Below the pieces are notes generated by a model that did not search any database, was not told the origin of the DNA, and saw only the letters and a list, made by a program, of their open reading frames with translations. From contig OX597837.1 in assembly GCA_951406725.2 (NCBI GenBank), forward strand, positions 18,910,001-18,974,000: a DNA stretch of 64,000 bases, read 5' to 3'. Of the stretch, positions 40,171 to 52,696 are shown one piece after another. Positions within the stretch are counted from its first letter, which is position 1, and each line of letters begins with the position of its first letter. Position numbers and translations under genes: made by a program. This stretch comes from Octopus vulgaris. Taxonomy: Eukaryota.

Positions 40171-41752
40171 GCACTGGTGAGTTGATAACATTAACTTGAA
40201 TATTTTGCACAAAATAATATACTATACTAAAATAGTATTTAACATTTTATATCATTTGTTATAGTTTAGCCCCAGGTCAGCCCTGATGGAACTGGTCTAG
40301 AACCAAAGCTATTCAAGCTGTGACCACCCCGTGTTTTTGTTTTTATCTAGTGACAATATTGGCTGATGTATCCTGTATTTGAGACAGCAGAATGTGGTTT
40401 TGAGGGAAATTTAGATGCTATTTCTAGCAGATCATTCCTCATCTCACATAGAGATTCCATTGTTAACTTGTTTTCAGTGTTGTTGTTGTTGCTGCTGCTT
40501 AACTCTAGGTCAATCCTGATCAAGGGAATTTCTTATAAAAAATAACTCAAGCCATAACTATCCTTACTTTCTCTCAGGCCTTGTGTATATATAATATATA
40601 ATGAAATTATTGTATGCAGTGCCCAGGTGCACCACAACTAGGACTCATTATCCAATGTATCCCATCCTTTTCAAGATGTGTAATTTAGCAGCAGTTAAAT
40701 CTTGCTTAAATTAAGGTGTAATTTAAAGAAGATTTGACTGCTGTTTCAAGCAATTAGAATGATCATGTGAAGATATCCTCTGGTTTTCATTGGTGTACAA
40801 AGTATTGTCTTTTAATGTGCTAAGAAAGTTGTATTAAATCTATGTTGTTGTGGGTGTTTATTTTATCAGTTCTTGTGTTATTCTATTTTGCTTGTTTATG
40901 ATATTTTGAGGTGAGTTTATTGAGCGTGTTATAGTACTGAGAGAGCACTGTCTATGTGTTTAGGCTTAAGTGAGCGTCTTTTACAATAGCCCTGGGCCGA
41001 CCAATACTTTGTGGGTCAATTTGGTAAATGGAAACTGCTTAGAAGCTTATTTTGATCCTTATTGTCTCAATCACACAAAGCATACAGACCACTTGTGATC
41101 CCGAGATACCTGCTGAAGATATAAAAGGTTTCTGACAAAGAGATAAATTTAGTCACAATAAGAAGAGCTTGCAACATCCATTATGCAGCTACTGCACCTT
41201 GAGCATGAAGTAAAGCATCTTTGATGTTTATTTCCCCACCTGTACATATAATAGATAATGATGATGATAATTGTGATGATATATTTATATATAATCAAAA
41301 TTATCATCATCTTTTTAATGTCCACATTTCTTGTTTACATTGGGTTGGACAGTTTGAAAAGGATCCAGTGAGTTCAGGGACTTTATCATACTCTAGTATC
41401 AGCTTTGGCATGGTTTCTATGGCCGGATGCCCTTCCTAACACCAACCCCTTCACAGTGTGTACTGAGTGCTTTTTTGTGCTACTTACACTATTGAGGTCA
41501 CCCTGTAGCTTGTAAGCCAACAACCCCAGGGGGCGAGGAAGTTGCATTTGTATGCTAAATGGTGGTTAAGAGCAGATTCTTGTTGATTCTTATTTACAAA
41601 ATAAATATAAGAGAGTGGTCACTATATGGCTCACTCTAGCACCAGTTAATCCAAAAGGTTTCAACCACAAAAATACATGCTTCCCATGAAAGTCAGTACG
41701 ATTGTTAGCTCACACGGACAGGGCAAATAAAAAATAACAAAAATACAGATTA

Positions 41753-41834
41753 TTTTGGGACAATTGTTTCGCTATTAATGAATTAAATGTAATTTTACTT
41801 ACAAAAAAATCCACTTGTAGCTCGTCAGCCAAAA
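41753..41834 (-). ncRNA. Canonical type-I hammerhead ribozyme (inverted copy)
   Basis: Reverse complement of 42192-42273. Confidence 0.85.
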
Positions 41835-42191
41835 CTATCTGGATGAAATCCACTCAATCACACGCCAGATTTTACCATAACGATAAATACGCGTGTGGTT
41901 CAATTGATTACATCCGACGTTATAATTCAAATGCCCCAACTAACAGCGCGCCAAACTTTCACGGAAAACAAATACAGCATTTAGAAATAAATGCAGCATA
42001 ATTATAATTAATTAATAAGGGTGAGAGAATTAGATACTAATTTAATAGTATATCTATTCAACACCAAGTGGCCTAGTGCTCCGAGAAACCTGGATTTGAA
42101 TTATAACGTCGGATGTAATCAATTGAACCACACGCGTATTTATCGTTATGGTAAAATCTGGCGTGTGATTGAGTGGATTTCATCCAGATAG

Positions 42192-42273
42192 TTTTGGCTG
42201 ACGAGCTACAAGTGGATTTTTTTGTAAGTAAAATTACATTTAATTCATTAATAGCGAAACAATTGTCCCAAAA
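42192..42273 (+). ncRNA. Canonical type-I hammerhead ribozyme
   Basis: TTTTGG-CTGACGA-GCTA...TAGC-GAA-ACAATTGT-C-CCAAAA. Stem I is 6 bp and extendable, the core is fully conserved, G10.1-C11.1 is present, stem III is palindromic and the GUC cleavage site follows 42267. Confidence 0.85.
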
Positions 42274-42554
42274 TAATCTGTATTTTTGTTATTTTTTATT
42301 TGCCCTGTCCGTGTGAGCTAACAATCGTACTGACTTTCATGGGAAGCATGTATTTTTGTGGTTGAAACCTTTTGGATTAACTGGTGCTAGAGTGAGCCAT
42401 ATAGTGACCACTCTCTTATATTTATTTTGTAAAAATATTATAATATATTACAAAATATTATAATAATCCAGGTTTCTCGGAGCACTAGGCCACTTGGTGT
42501 TGAATAGATATACTATTAAATTAGTATCTAATTCTCTCACCCTTATTAATTAAT

Positions 42555-42605
<51 letters not shown>

Positions 42606-43768
42606 CATGGCTGTGTGGTAAAAAGCTTGCTTCCCAACCATATGGTTCCTGGTTCAGTCCCACTGTGTGGCACCTTGGGATAGTGTCTTCTGCTATAGCC
42701 CTGGGCTGACCAAGGTTTTGTGAGTGGATTTGGCAGAGACTGAAAGAAGCCGTCATACACACACACATAAAAACATCTTTGTGTGTCTTTGTTTGCTCCC
42801 CCCCCCCCCACTATCGCTTGACAACCAATGCTGGTGTTTCTACATCCCTGTAACTTAGCAGTTTGGTAAAAGAGACTGATAGAATAAGTACTAAGCTTTC
42901 AAAGATTAAGTCCTGGGGTTGGTGCTCCTGCATGGCCGCAGTCAAATGATTGAAACAAGTAAAAGAATAAAAGAAAAAGAATACATAGATATTCATTTAT
43001 TTCTGTCTCTCCTTCTCTCTCCCTCTCTCTCTCTCTATGTTCGTGTGTCTGTGTCTGTATCTATGTATACACTCATACATATACATACTTATTTATATAC
43101 ACCTATCCATTTGCATACATATACATGTGTGCTTGTTTGTGTGTGAAAAGTGTGTGCATGCTAACACGTTTCTTTACATTTCTTAGACCAATGAAATCTG
43201 TAAAATATGTTACTCTTTACTTGGAAAAGGCCAAAATATTTTGAAAATGAAAGAGTCTGACATTCAGTTTATTATCTATATTTATATATATCTATATGTG
43301 TCTGTCTGAAACTGATAAACTAAATACAATTCATGATAAAATTTTGCCATTTTATTTTGATTAAAATATCTTCTACTGCAGTTCTCCTGCACTTAGCGTC
43401 CCTGGCTCTCACTCATTCTACACTTCATTTGTTGTTTCACCCTTCTTCATCCATTGCATTTTATTATATGGAAGATATGCTCTACACCTCTTTATCTCTC
43501 TCTCTCTCTCACTTTCTATACATGCGTGTATATGTATCTCTTTTTTTTTCTCTTTTATTTGTTTCAGTAATTTGACTGTGGCCATGCTGGAGCACCGCCT
43601 TTAGTCAAGCAAATCAACCCCAGGACTTATTCTTTCTAAGCCTAATACTTATTCTATCAGTCTCTTTTGGCAAACCGCTAAGTTACGTGGACGTTAACAC
43701 ACCGGCATTGGTTGTCAAGCGATGTTGGGGGGACAAACACAGACTCACAAACATTTACACACACATAC

Positions 43769-43826
<58 letters not shown>

Positions 43827-44407
43827 TACACTCTCGGAGTGGTTGGCGTTAGGAAGGGCATCCAGCTGTAGAAACTCTGCCAAATCAAGATTGGAGCCTG
43901 GTGCAGCCATCTGGTTTGCCAGTCCTCAGTCAAATCGTCCAACCCATGCTAGCATGGAAAGCGGACGTTAAATGACGATGATGATGATGATATATATATA
44001 TATATATACATACATATATACGATGGGCTTCTTTCAGTTTCTGTCTACCAAATTCACTCACGAGAGACTTTGGTCAGCCAGAGGCTGTAGTAAAAGATAC
44101 TTGCCCAAGGTGCCACGCAGTGGAAATGAACCTGGAACCATGTGGTTGGTAAGAAAGCTGCTTACCACTATATATATATTTTTTATTCTTTTATTCTTTT
44201 ACTTGTTTCAGTCATTTGAGTGCAGTCATGCTGGAGCACCACCTTTAGTCAAACAAATTGACCCCAGGTCTTATTCTTTGTAAGCCTAGTATTTATACTA
44301 TCAGTCTTTCTGCCAAACCGCTAAGTTATGGGGACATAAAAACACCAACATCGGTCGTCAAGCGATGGTGGGGCAACAAACACAGACACACAAATACATA
44401 TACATAC

Positions 44408-44456
<49 letters not shown>

Positions 44457-44523
44457 CATACATACATACATATATATATATATATACATACATACATACA
44501 TACATATATACATATATATATAC

Positions 44524-44615
<92 letters not shown>

Positions 44616-44621
<6 letters not shown>

Positions 44622-45315
44622 TAGTAATGCAATACTAGAGTATTGCTTTCCAGTAAAGAATAGCCCGTGAGGGAAAAATATACAAAGAAGTAAATATATG
44701 GCACAACGAAGTACCGATATTTACTGGAAATAGCGAACGTAATAATACGACGCTAATGTATAGCTTCACCGCGTATGTACTAGCAAAAATGCGTGAGTGC
44801 AACAAGCTTGAAAAAAATTGTCTTACCTCCAGGGAGAACATCTGAAAGATGAAATACCTAGAAAAGGATAATGTGGGACCGGCGCCGGTTTCAGATTTTT
44901 CAAGATATGTCTGCACCCATAAACTTGATCTATCTTCATCAGCCAAACATATACCACGACAACATTTCAGATGTTACCACATTAATGCCAATACACTCGA
45001 CTGAAACGCCGAAATGCTAACAGAACGAGAACGGTGAAGAAGTTTCAATAAATTAGTAATGCAATACTAGAGTATTGCTTTCCAGTAAAGAATAGCCCGT
45101 GAGGGAAAAATATACAAAGAAGTAAATATATGGCACAACATTATCCTTTTCAGATGTTCTCCCTGGAGGTAAGACAATTTTTTCAAGTTTGTTGCACTCA
45201 CGCATTTTTGCTAGTACATACGCGGTGAAGCTATACATTAGCGTCGTATTATTACATTCGCTATTTCCAGTAAATATCGGTACTTCGTTGTGCCATATAT
45301 TTACTTCTTTGTATA
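44616..45315. mobile_element. Young Penelope-like/retrozyme-like insertion in (TA)n with a 92-bp direct repeat and an inverted partial copy
   Basis: 44616-44707 equals 45048-45139 (period 432 nt). 45138-45315 is the reverse complement of about 44677-44874 with a small deletion. (TA)n lies on both sides. Confidence 0.8.
44871..44950 (-). ncRNA. Canonical type-I hammerhead ribozyme
   Basis: Minus strand: ATGTTTGG-CTGATGA-AGAT..TCAAG...CTTGA..ATCT-GAA-ACCGGCGCCGGT-C-CCACAT, with a GUC site and a 12-nt palindromic stem III. Confidence 0.85.
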
Positions 45316-45359
45316 TATATATATATATATATATATACATACATATATGTGTATATATA

Positions 45360-45468
<109 letters not shown>

Positions 45469-45469
45469 C

Positions 45470-45531
<62 letters not shown>

Positions 45532-46194
45532 CATACACATATGCACAATAGGCTTCTTTCAGTTTCCGTCTACCAAATCCACTCACAAGGGTTTGGTTGG
45601 CCTGAGGCTATAGTAGAAGACACTTGCCCAAAGTGCCATGCAGTTGGACTGAATTCAGAACCATTTGGTTGGGAAGCAAGATTCTTACCACACAGCTGTG
45701 TGTGTGTGTGCATGTCTCCTTGTTCTGATATAATGTGCAATTTATAAACAAGTGCCATCATTATTGTACAAGAGGCATTTTTTGCTGGAAATCTTCCATG
45801 GAAACATGTCTGGTCATTGTTCAGTTTGTGTTTGGAAGACTAGAGGAGATATTGCCTTACCTGGAAGCAGGTGAGAGTTGGCAACTGGACGAGCATCTGG
45901 TTGTAGAAAATCTCCCTCAATAAATTTTGCCTCATCTATGCCAGATCTGAGTTTGAGACATGATTTGTGTTGATGAATTTGAAAGTGTCTTGTGTAGAAT
46001 GTGTTGTACTTTTCTGGAACTTCCTAATAGCTTTGTGGATTACATTAATAAAAGCTTTCTGAGATTATTATAGAGATGCTTTCTTTTTGTGTTTGAATTA
46101 TAATAATCTTCTTTTAGACTACTTATCATCTAGAATTCTAGTATTTACTATTCTATTCTTTGTTTTTTGTTTTTTTCTTCATTATTTTGTTCTT

Positions 46195-47290
46195 TAGCCT
46201 CGTTTATCCCTGAACTTTCTCCAACCAGTTCAAATTCTAGTGATTACGCTTACAGAACATCCTCCTCCACTGCTAATTAGATCACCTAGGTAACACCAAT
46301 TATTCAGTACCTCTAAAGATCCTCCTGGACATTTGAGGAAATCTATTTCCTGTGTGTTCTTGGTGATTATTGTTCCTGCACATCTCTCAGACAAAGACTT
46401 CTTTCCCTTTTAACCTTGTTTTCATTCTACCACACCACTTATGTGTCAATAGATTGCACTGGGGACACTGAATGGAATTTCTCCCTACTCTTTTCTACAT
46501 AGTAAGCAGCACTATTTTCCCAAAGGAATTCCTAAATTGTCTGCTTTCCTGCTTACTAGAACTTCAGTTTTTGCTAAGTTAATTCTAAGACCATTTGCTT
46601 CCAGGCCTTGATTCATTGCTATACCCAATACTGACTTCCACTTTACTGACAGCAAACCTGTACATGTCTTGGATGGCTCCCATCAGCCGTTCATCTATCC
46701 TAAGCTTCTGCAATGATGACCATCTGATGAGAGAGTGAGGGACCCTGTCAATGGCTTTCATCATGCCAAGTACAGCAGTTTATTTTTGGCTCAATGCTTC
46801 TCCTAAAGTTGCCTTACTGAGAAAACTAGCACCAAAACCAAACAGCATCTGATCTAGGTTAACTCTCTTCCTAATTAGTTGATCTATGACTCTTTCTATA
46901 ACTTTCATGATCTGGTTCAGCAATTTGGTACATCGGTAATTACTTCTCTCTAAATAATCTCTCTTACCTTTCTAGCAGTTTACATCTGTCATTGGATATG
47001 ATACATTTCTAGACAACTTGACTAGCTGTATGGATGACTAGGTTGCATCCTAATCCACCAGATATTTTAAGCATCTTGACAGTAAATCCTGATGAATTAG
47101 GAGCTTTCCTTATCTTCATATCCTTAATTGCTTTATCTGTCATACTGCTGTGAAATTGAATAAGTCTTCCTAATGTGGATCCAATGTTCTGTTGAATCCA
47201 CAATAGGAAGACTTTCCTTCTCTCATATATTCTTCATATTTAACAGCCTTTCAAAATTGTACTTTCATACATCTTTTCAGAATCACTAAG
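46195..47290 (-). mobile_element. RTE-clade LINE RT fragment, decayed
   Basis: Minus-strand motifs DKAIKDMKIRKAP, GLRINLAKTEVLVS, a Cys-rich insert and YLGDLISSGGGC. Homologous to 56515-58040. Confidence 0.75.
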
Positions 47291-47538
47291 TTTCTCAGGT
47301 ATGCCTACACCCCTACCTTATCATTATTGCTTTTTTTTTCTTCTGGTCATTTCAATATGTTGAACCGTTAATCCCTACACATTTTTTCCCTCTTCATTTT
47401 TTTCTCTCGACTCTTTCTGTCAAAGGGCTTAGGCTCAAAACATCAAAGACTTTTCCATTCTTCCCAAGTATCAAACAAATACATCTGCTGTCTTCGTCTT
47501 TTGATTTCTATAAATTTGAACTATTCACCCATACATGC

Positions 47539-47592
<54 letters not shown>

Positions 47593-47619
47593 GTATGTAT
47601 ATATATATATATATGTATG

Positions 47620-47653
<34 letters not shown>

Positions 47654-47724
47654 CATATATACATCTTTATACATTCTTAACAAAACACAATATATATATA
47701 TATATATTATATATAGTATATATA

Positions 47725-47812
<88 letters not shown>

Positions 47813-48181
47813 TATATATAGTATATATAAATATATATGTGTGTGTATGTGTGTGTATAGTCGAGGTGTGTTGTTAACAACGTATAAGAGTGCAAATAGA
47901 GCTCGTTCGCCCTTAGAATTCTTAAATAGCTGCTATGCTACCAATTCTAGTCTTAGGTATTCCTCGTGTGTGAAAATAAAAGTAAAAAGTATTGGGAAAT
48001 TTTATGGGTGAATGAGTTCTATTTCTACTCTTATACATTCTTAACAGAACACACCTCAACTGACAATGACAAAAACCAAATAACTGGTCAAAGTCACTTT
48101 TTATATCAGAGTGCTATTTAGGGTCAAAAGGATGGAGAAGCTAACCATACTTACTCTTCCTTTTGACTCTTTTACTTTTTG

Positions 48182-48224
<43 letters not shown>

Positions 48225-48279
48225 ATATGTATGTATGTATGTATGCATGTATTTATACTTATTTTTAATATTCTTAATA

Positions 48280-48304
48280 TTTTCTTTTCTATTCTTTTCT
48301 ACAG
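48280..48304 (+). promoter_or_regulatory. Splice acceptor upstream of the 347-aa ORF
   Basis: TTTTCTTTTCTATTCTTTTCTACAG ending at 48304. In-frame stops between it and the ATG imply a 5' UTR portion of the exon. Confidence 0.55.
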
Positions 48305-48376
48305 AGAGAGAAAATGTGAACATTACTGGAAAATAATTTCCTCTAAGACGTTATTTCACTAAAATTCTCAGAAGTT

Positions 48377-49420
48377 ATGTTACAACCTGTAACAAAAGTT
48401 GTGTTTATTCCAAAGTCCAAAGTTTCTATTGGTAAAAATCAAACAAAAGAATATCGTAGAGAACTCAAAGAAAATGTTAGCTCAGAAACCCCAAACATTA
48501 GCACTATATCATTGTCTTCAGTAGCAACATCTGAAAATGGTCAAGGCAGTTGCAAAGTTGAAGAACAGAGAGAAATAACTAATGATTGGATTGTTTTCCC
48601 ACAAGAATCTAAGAATTGTGCAACCATGTTTAAAACATCAATGCAAAGATCTCTTTGGAGAGAATGTAAAAACATTAAGACTTTAGCACAACCAAATACC
48701 TTTTCTCAAAGAACATTGAAAGATACGAATCTCAAAGCATCAGGTTATGAGCCAAATTCTTTAACAAAAGAACTCAGGCACTGGAGAGAACGAAAAGTAG
48801 CATTTGAAGGTACAAATGTTTTGGAAAAAGAGCTAAACCATGACTCAGTTCAACAGAATTTGAAGACTATTGAAAGTTCTTCAAAAAGTAATCTGACATT
48901 CTTTCTTCCCAGGATTTCTTCCAAAATCTCCATGTCACAGCATTCCAATAGCAAATCTATTCATAAACAATTGCAATTAACAAATATAAATAAAGTCTCT
49001 CACAGAAATTGTAACAAAGATTGTAATATATATTATAACAAACCAAAAGTAGTTTTCCCAAATTTATCTAGCTATGCTAATGAATCTCCATTGGACTTGA
49101 AAGAGCAGAAATATTTCACATGTAATTCATACTTACCTTTTGAAACTTGTGTCAATCAAAGAATGTGGAACTTGTTCAACAACACCCTTCCCTCTTCACC
49201 TCGTCGTAAAAATTTATTACTTAATTGGTACGCAAGCATTTCTGACCAATATTATCCAAAAGCTAGAACTGTCACCTCAACAAAACAGTCCATTCCTTCA
49301 TGGTTGTCCAAAGATGCTGAAGACAATATCGAAATCATTGGCACTCAGGCCTTATATCACAAAAAACATAAATATTTTGATAAAGAGTCAGCTTGGAAAC
49401 CCCCTGTTTTACATCCCTGA
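48377..49420 (+). CDS. Uncharacterised 347-aa S/K/N-rich protein with a single coding exon
   Basis: A 1044-bp non-repetitive ORF in AT-rich DNA, where such a length is unlikely by chance. It has an upstream acceptor and AATAAA at 49425-49430 right after the stop. No TE or known-domain motif was recognised. Confidence 0.7.
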   Translation: MLQPVTKVVFIPKSKVSIGKNQTKEYRRELKENVSSETPNISTISLSSVATSENGQGSCKVEEQREITNDWIVFPQESKNCATMFKTSMQRSLWRECKNIKTLAQPNTFSQRTLKDTNLKASGYEPNSLTKELRHWRERKVAFEGTNVLEKELNHDSVQQNLKTIESSSKSNLTFFLPRISSKISMSQHSNSKSIHKQLQLTNINKVSHRNCNKDCNIYYNKPKVVFPNLSSYANESPLDLKEQKYFTCNSYLPFETCVNQRMWNLFNNTLPSSPRRKNLLLNWYASISDQYYPKARTVTSTKQSIPSWLSKDAEDNIEIIGTQALYHKKHKYFDKESAWKPPVLHP

Positions 49421-50609
49421 CCTTAATAAAAACCTCACTTTCTTCTCTACACACCTTTTCACAGCTAGAGCTACTGTATTGTTCCTGTGTATATTTGGTT
49501 CACTCTGTTGATCAGATAAACTACCGAGACGAAGCAGTTCAAACATGGTATTGCAGTGGGTCAGAATTTACAACTTTTGTCCCCAGAATTCAGGCTACAG
49601 TTCCAGTTTGAATATAACTTCTCTCAACATGTCTGTGAGCTTCCAAAAACATGTCTGAGAGAGACATAAGAAGGGAAACATATTAATTTACTCTTGAACA
49701 ATTATGTGCTAAGTTGCATCTTAAAAATCTTTTCTTACAACATTTAGCAACTACTCACAACATCATATGCAATTTATCAATTCATAATTCCATAAGAGTG
49801 AGCTATTCAAGAGAGATAACTCTTTTTATTACTAGTTTGACTTTCTGTGATTGAAAACTAGTGAGTTTTTCAATTTACTCAAGAAGATTTTCATAATAAG
49901 TCACATGATTAAGTGAATTCTAAAATCTCATACACTTACAATTTTTAGCACAAGGAAAAAAATGAAAAAACAAAATGGTACTCCAATTAAATCATTTAAG
50001 GGTTAATGGATTATCAATGGATTTGTTATTAGTAGATTAACAGTGATTGGAAATAGAATTGGATTAACTTGAAACGGGATGCTGGTGAACTAACAATGAA
50101 CAAGACAACAGTGAACAAGACACTAATTTTCGTGACTATGAAACTCATTATCAGTTTATGTTAATCGTTTACCCAATATTTTCCTCTTCCTCCTATTCAT
50201 GGTGATGATGATGATGATGTCTGTCATCATATCCCAAATTTACTGTTTCAAGCTGGCTTTGGAATCTTCATGACTTAACATATACATCAGCACAAGTACA
50301 AGTGATTAAATTTTGGTGGGATATTTAGTTCAATATTCCAGTGATGGCAGCAATAATGACTGATGTATTTATCTACAGCTTATTTGATTTTCTGACCTTC
50401 CACTTTTCTTTTAAAATCAATAACAGAATTCATCCCATAATGCTAAATAACTTCTTTTTTCTCACCAAACATGTTCAATCATTCCTGATTATTTTTATTC
50501 TCTCTCTTTCTCTCTCTCTCTCCATATATATAAATATACCAAATAACACATCACATGTCTGTCTTATTAATGAGATAATGTTGTTCTGTGCATATATATT
50601 ACATATATA

Positions 50610-51400
50610 GTCAACAGATGAGATCCAGAGATGCTCAATATACAAAACACTTAATTGTGCTCAAATGATTTGAACTTACACACTGAAATCCTTACAAAGG
50701 ACTAAGTCCACAGAGTAAAGAGAGGCTTTGAAAGGAATCCAGGAGAGCAGATATGGAGATAATGATGCAAATAAACAAATAAAACTGCTTGTAAATAGAT
50801 AGAAAACAAAGACTGAAAGTATTCAGATGATGAATATTGATGTATAAATTAATAGATATTTATGTATTAACAGAGAAAGCTTAGAGTACAAGGACACAGA
50901 AAATTAAGGGGAGAAGGTATGGTATTTCAAGTGCAACAGCTGTTTCTGGGGTCTTGGAATTATGCCATAATGTTGGCAGATGTAGTTTGCAAAAAGTCAA
51001 GGATATCCAATCAGTAGTGGAAACATATAAACATTAGGTAGATTTGGCCTCTGTCTTCGAGGTGGAGAGATATTTATTAAACATTTCAAATAATGATGCA
51101 GGGAAATTTGAAAGTAAACTGGTTGATGAAGAAGGCAAACAGAAGTCAGTGGAGGGAAGGAGTAGGCAGCTCAATGGGGATCTGGAGAGTGTTGAAGCAA
51201 GAAAGCGCAAAGAGGGATAGGAGAGTCAGATCAAGAAGAGGAAGGGGGTGAGTGGTCAGGGTATTGAGAGGAGTAGAAGTGAAGAGTTGTGAGATGATTG
51301 GGAGGGGTGTGATGTTTTGAGCATGGCTCTTCATCAGAAAGAAGAAATGTCTGGCGAGAAGGAAAACGATAGTCTAAGAAAAGCACATGTGTGATATATA
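50610..51400 (-). mobile_element. Decayed Penelope-like terminal-repeat fragment with two HHR-like motifs (about 50930-51065 and 51311-51340)
   Basis: The minus strand has GAAACAGCTGTT near 50935-50946 and CTGATGAAGAGC(CAT)GCTCAAAACATC at 51311-51337. It is homologous to 3912-4480 and is TA-flanked. Confidence 0.5.
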
Positions 51401-51539
51401 ATATATATATATATATTATATATACATGCACACTATTATCATTTAAAATAATACATGTTTACTATGGACTTCCTGTAATGCATGAGCAATGATACACAGT
51501 AACCGACTGTTGTTAGCTGAAGCATACATACACATATGC

Positions 51540-52069
51540 ACCCCAACGAATTTCATTTGTCACAACTTTCAGAAACATAGATATATTTTAATGAAATTGT
51601 CCAAAAATACACTTCAGATGGTGTAGATATGATGTAGATTTGTACTATTTTGGAATTTGTTATGATTATAAATTTTGGGGAAAAAAAAAATATGTTGAGG
51701 GCCAGTATGTATGTGTGCTATCCCACCAATTTTTATTTACAGATTAAATTCTACAATCATAATCTACATAGTCTGAAAGGTATTTGTCAAAATCTTCATT
51801 TAAAAATACCCATTTTTCTGAAAGTTATGTGGAAAGAAAGCTGACCTGTGCGAATTTTCTGAATATCCTCTCCCCACTTTCCCTGAATACATTTTCTTCA
51901 CAAACTCAGATATAATTGCAGTCTACACTATCTGAAGGATATTTGTAGAAAATTTCATTGAAAAGTATCCATTTTTTGTGGAAGTTATGAGGAAATGAAG
52001 TCAGTAAGGCACATTTGTGTAAGTATACTCTAGGCTCATACATACATATATATATATATTATTTATATA

Positions 52070-52122
<53 letters not shown>

Positions 52123-52650
52123 GTATGTATGTATGAGCCAAGGAGAAAGACATTGGAGCTAGACCTTATAGAGATAGCATTGCAATTTTCCCTCAAATCT
52201 GAGTAACTGACTGGGGTTTACTGCAGTATACTTCATATACATACCTCAACAAATTTCTTTTCTTATAACTTTCAGAAATATGAATTTTTTTACTGAATTT
52301 GTTGTGAAATAAATTTTTCACAAAAAAACCTTAAAAAATTGTTGTTAGCATATGTGTGTGCTATCACACCAATTTGTATTTCCACATTAAATTCTGATAT
52401 AATCATAATCTACACATCCTGAAAAGTACTTGTTGAAATTTTCATTTAAAAATACCCATTTTTCTGAAAGTTGTGAAGAAAGAAAGCCGACCCACGTGAA
52501 TTTTCTGAATCTTCTCTCTCCACTTCCGTGCAAATCTTCTTTTTTTTTCACAACAAATTCAGATTATATCTACAACATCATCAGAAGCAGATTTTTAGAA
52601 AGTTTCATTAAAAAATATCCATTCTTGTGGATGTTATGAAGAAGCTAAGT
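51540..52650. repeat. Two diverged direct copies (about 51540-52005 and 52245-52650) of a foldback-like DNA-transposon-derived repeat
   Basis: Both copies share TTCATTTAAAAATACCCATTTTTCTGAAAGTT and GTGTGCTATC.CACCAATT, with internal inverted AACTTTCAGAAA/TTTCTGAAAGTT. Confidence 0.55.
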
Positions 52651-52654
52651 TATG

Positions 52655-52696
<42 letters not shown>

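Larger units (their letters stand above)
41593..42558. mobile_element. Young Penelope-like/retrozyme-like insertion with 340-bp and 94-bp inverted repeats and two HHR copies
   Basis: 41593-41932 is the reverse complement of 42094-42433, and 42003-42096 is the reverse complement of 42465-42558. The element ends in (TA)n. Confidence 0.8.
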
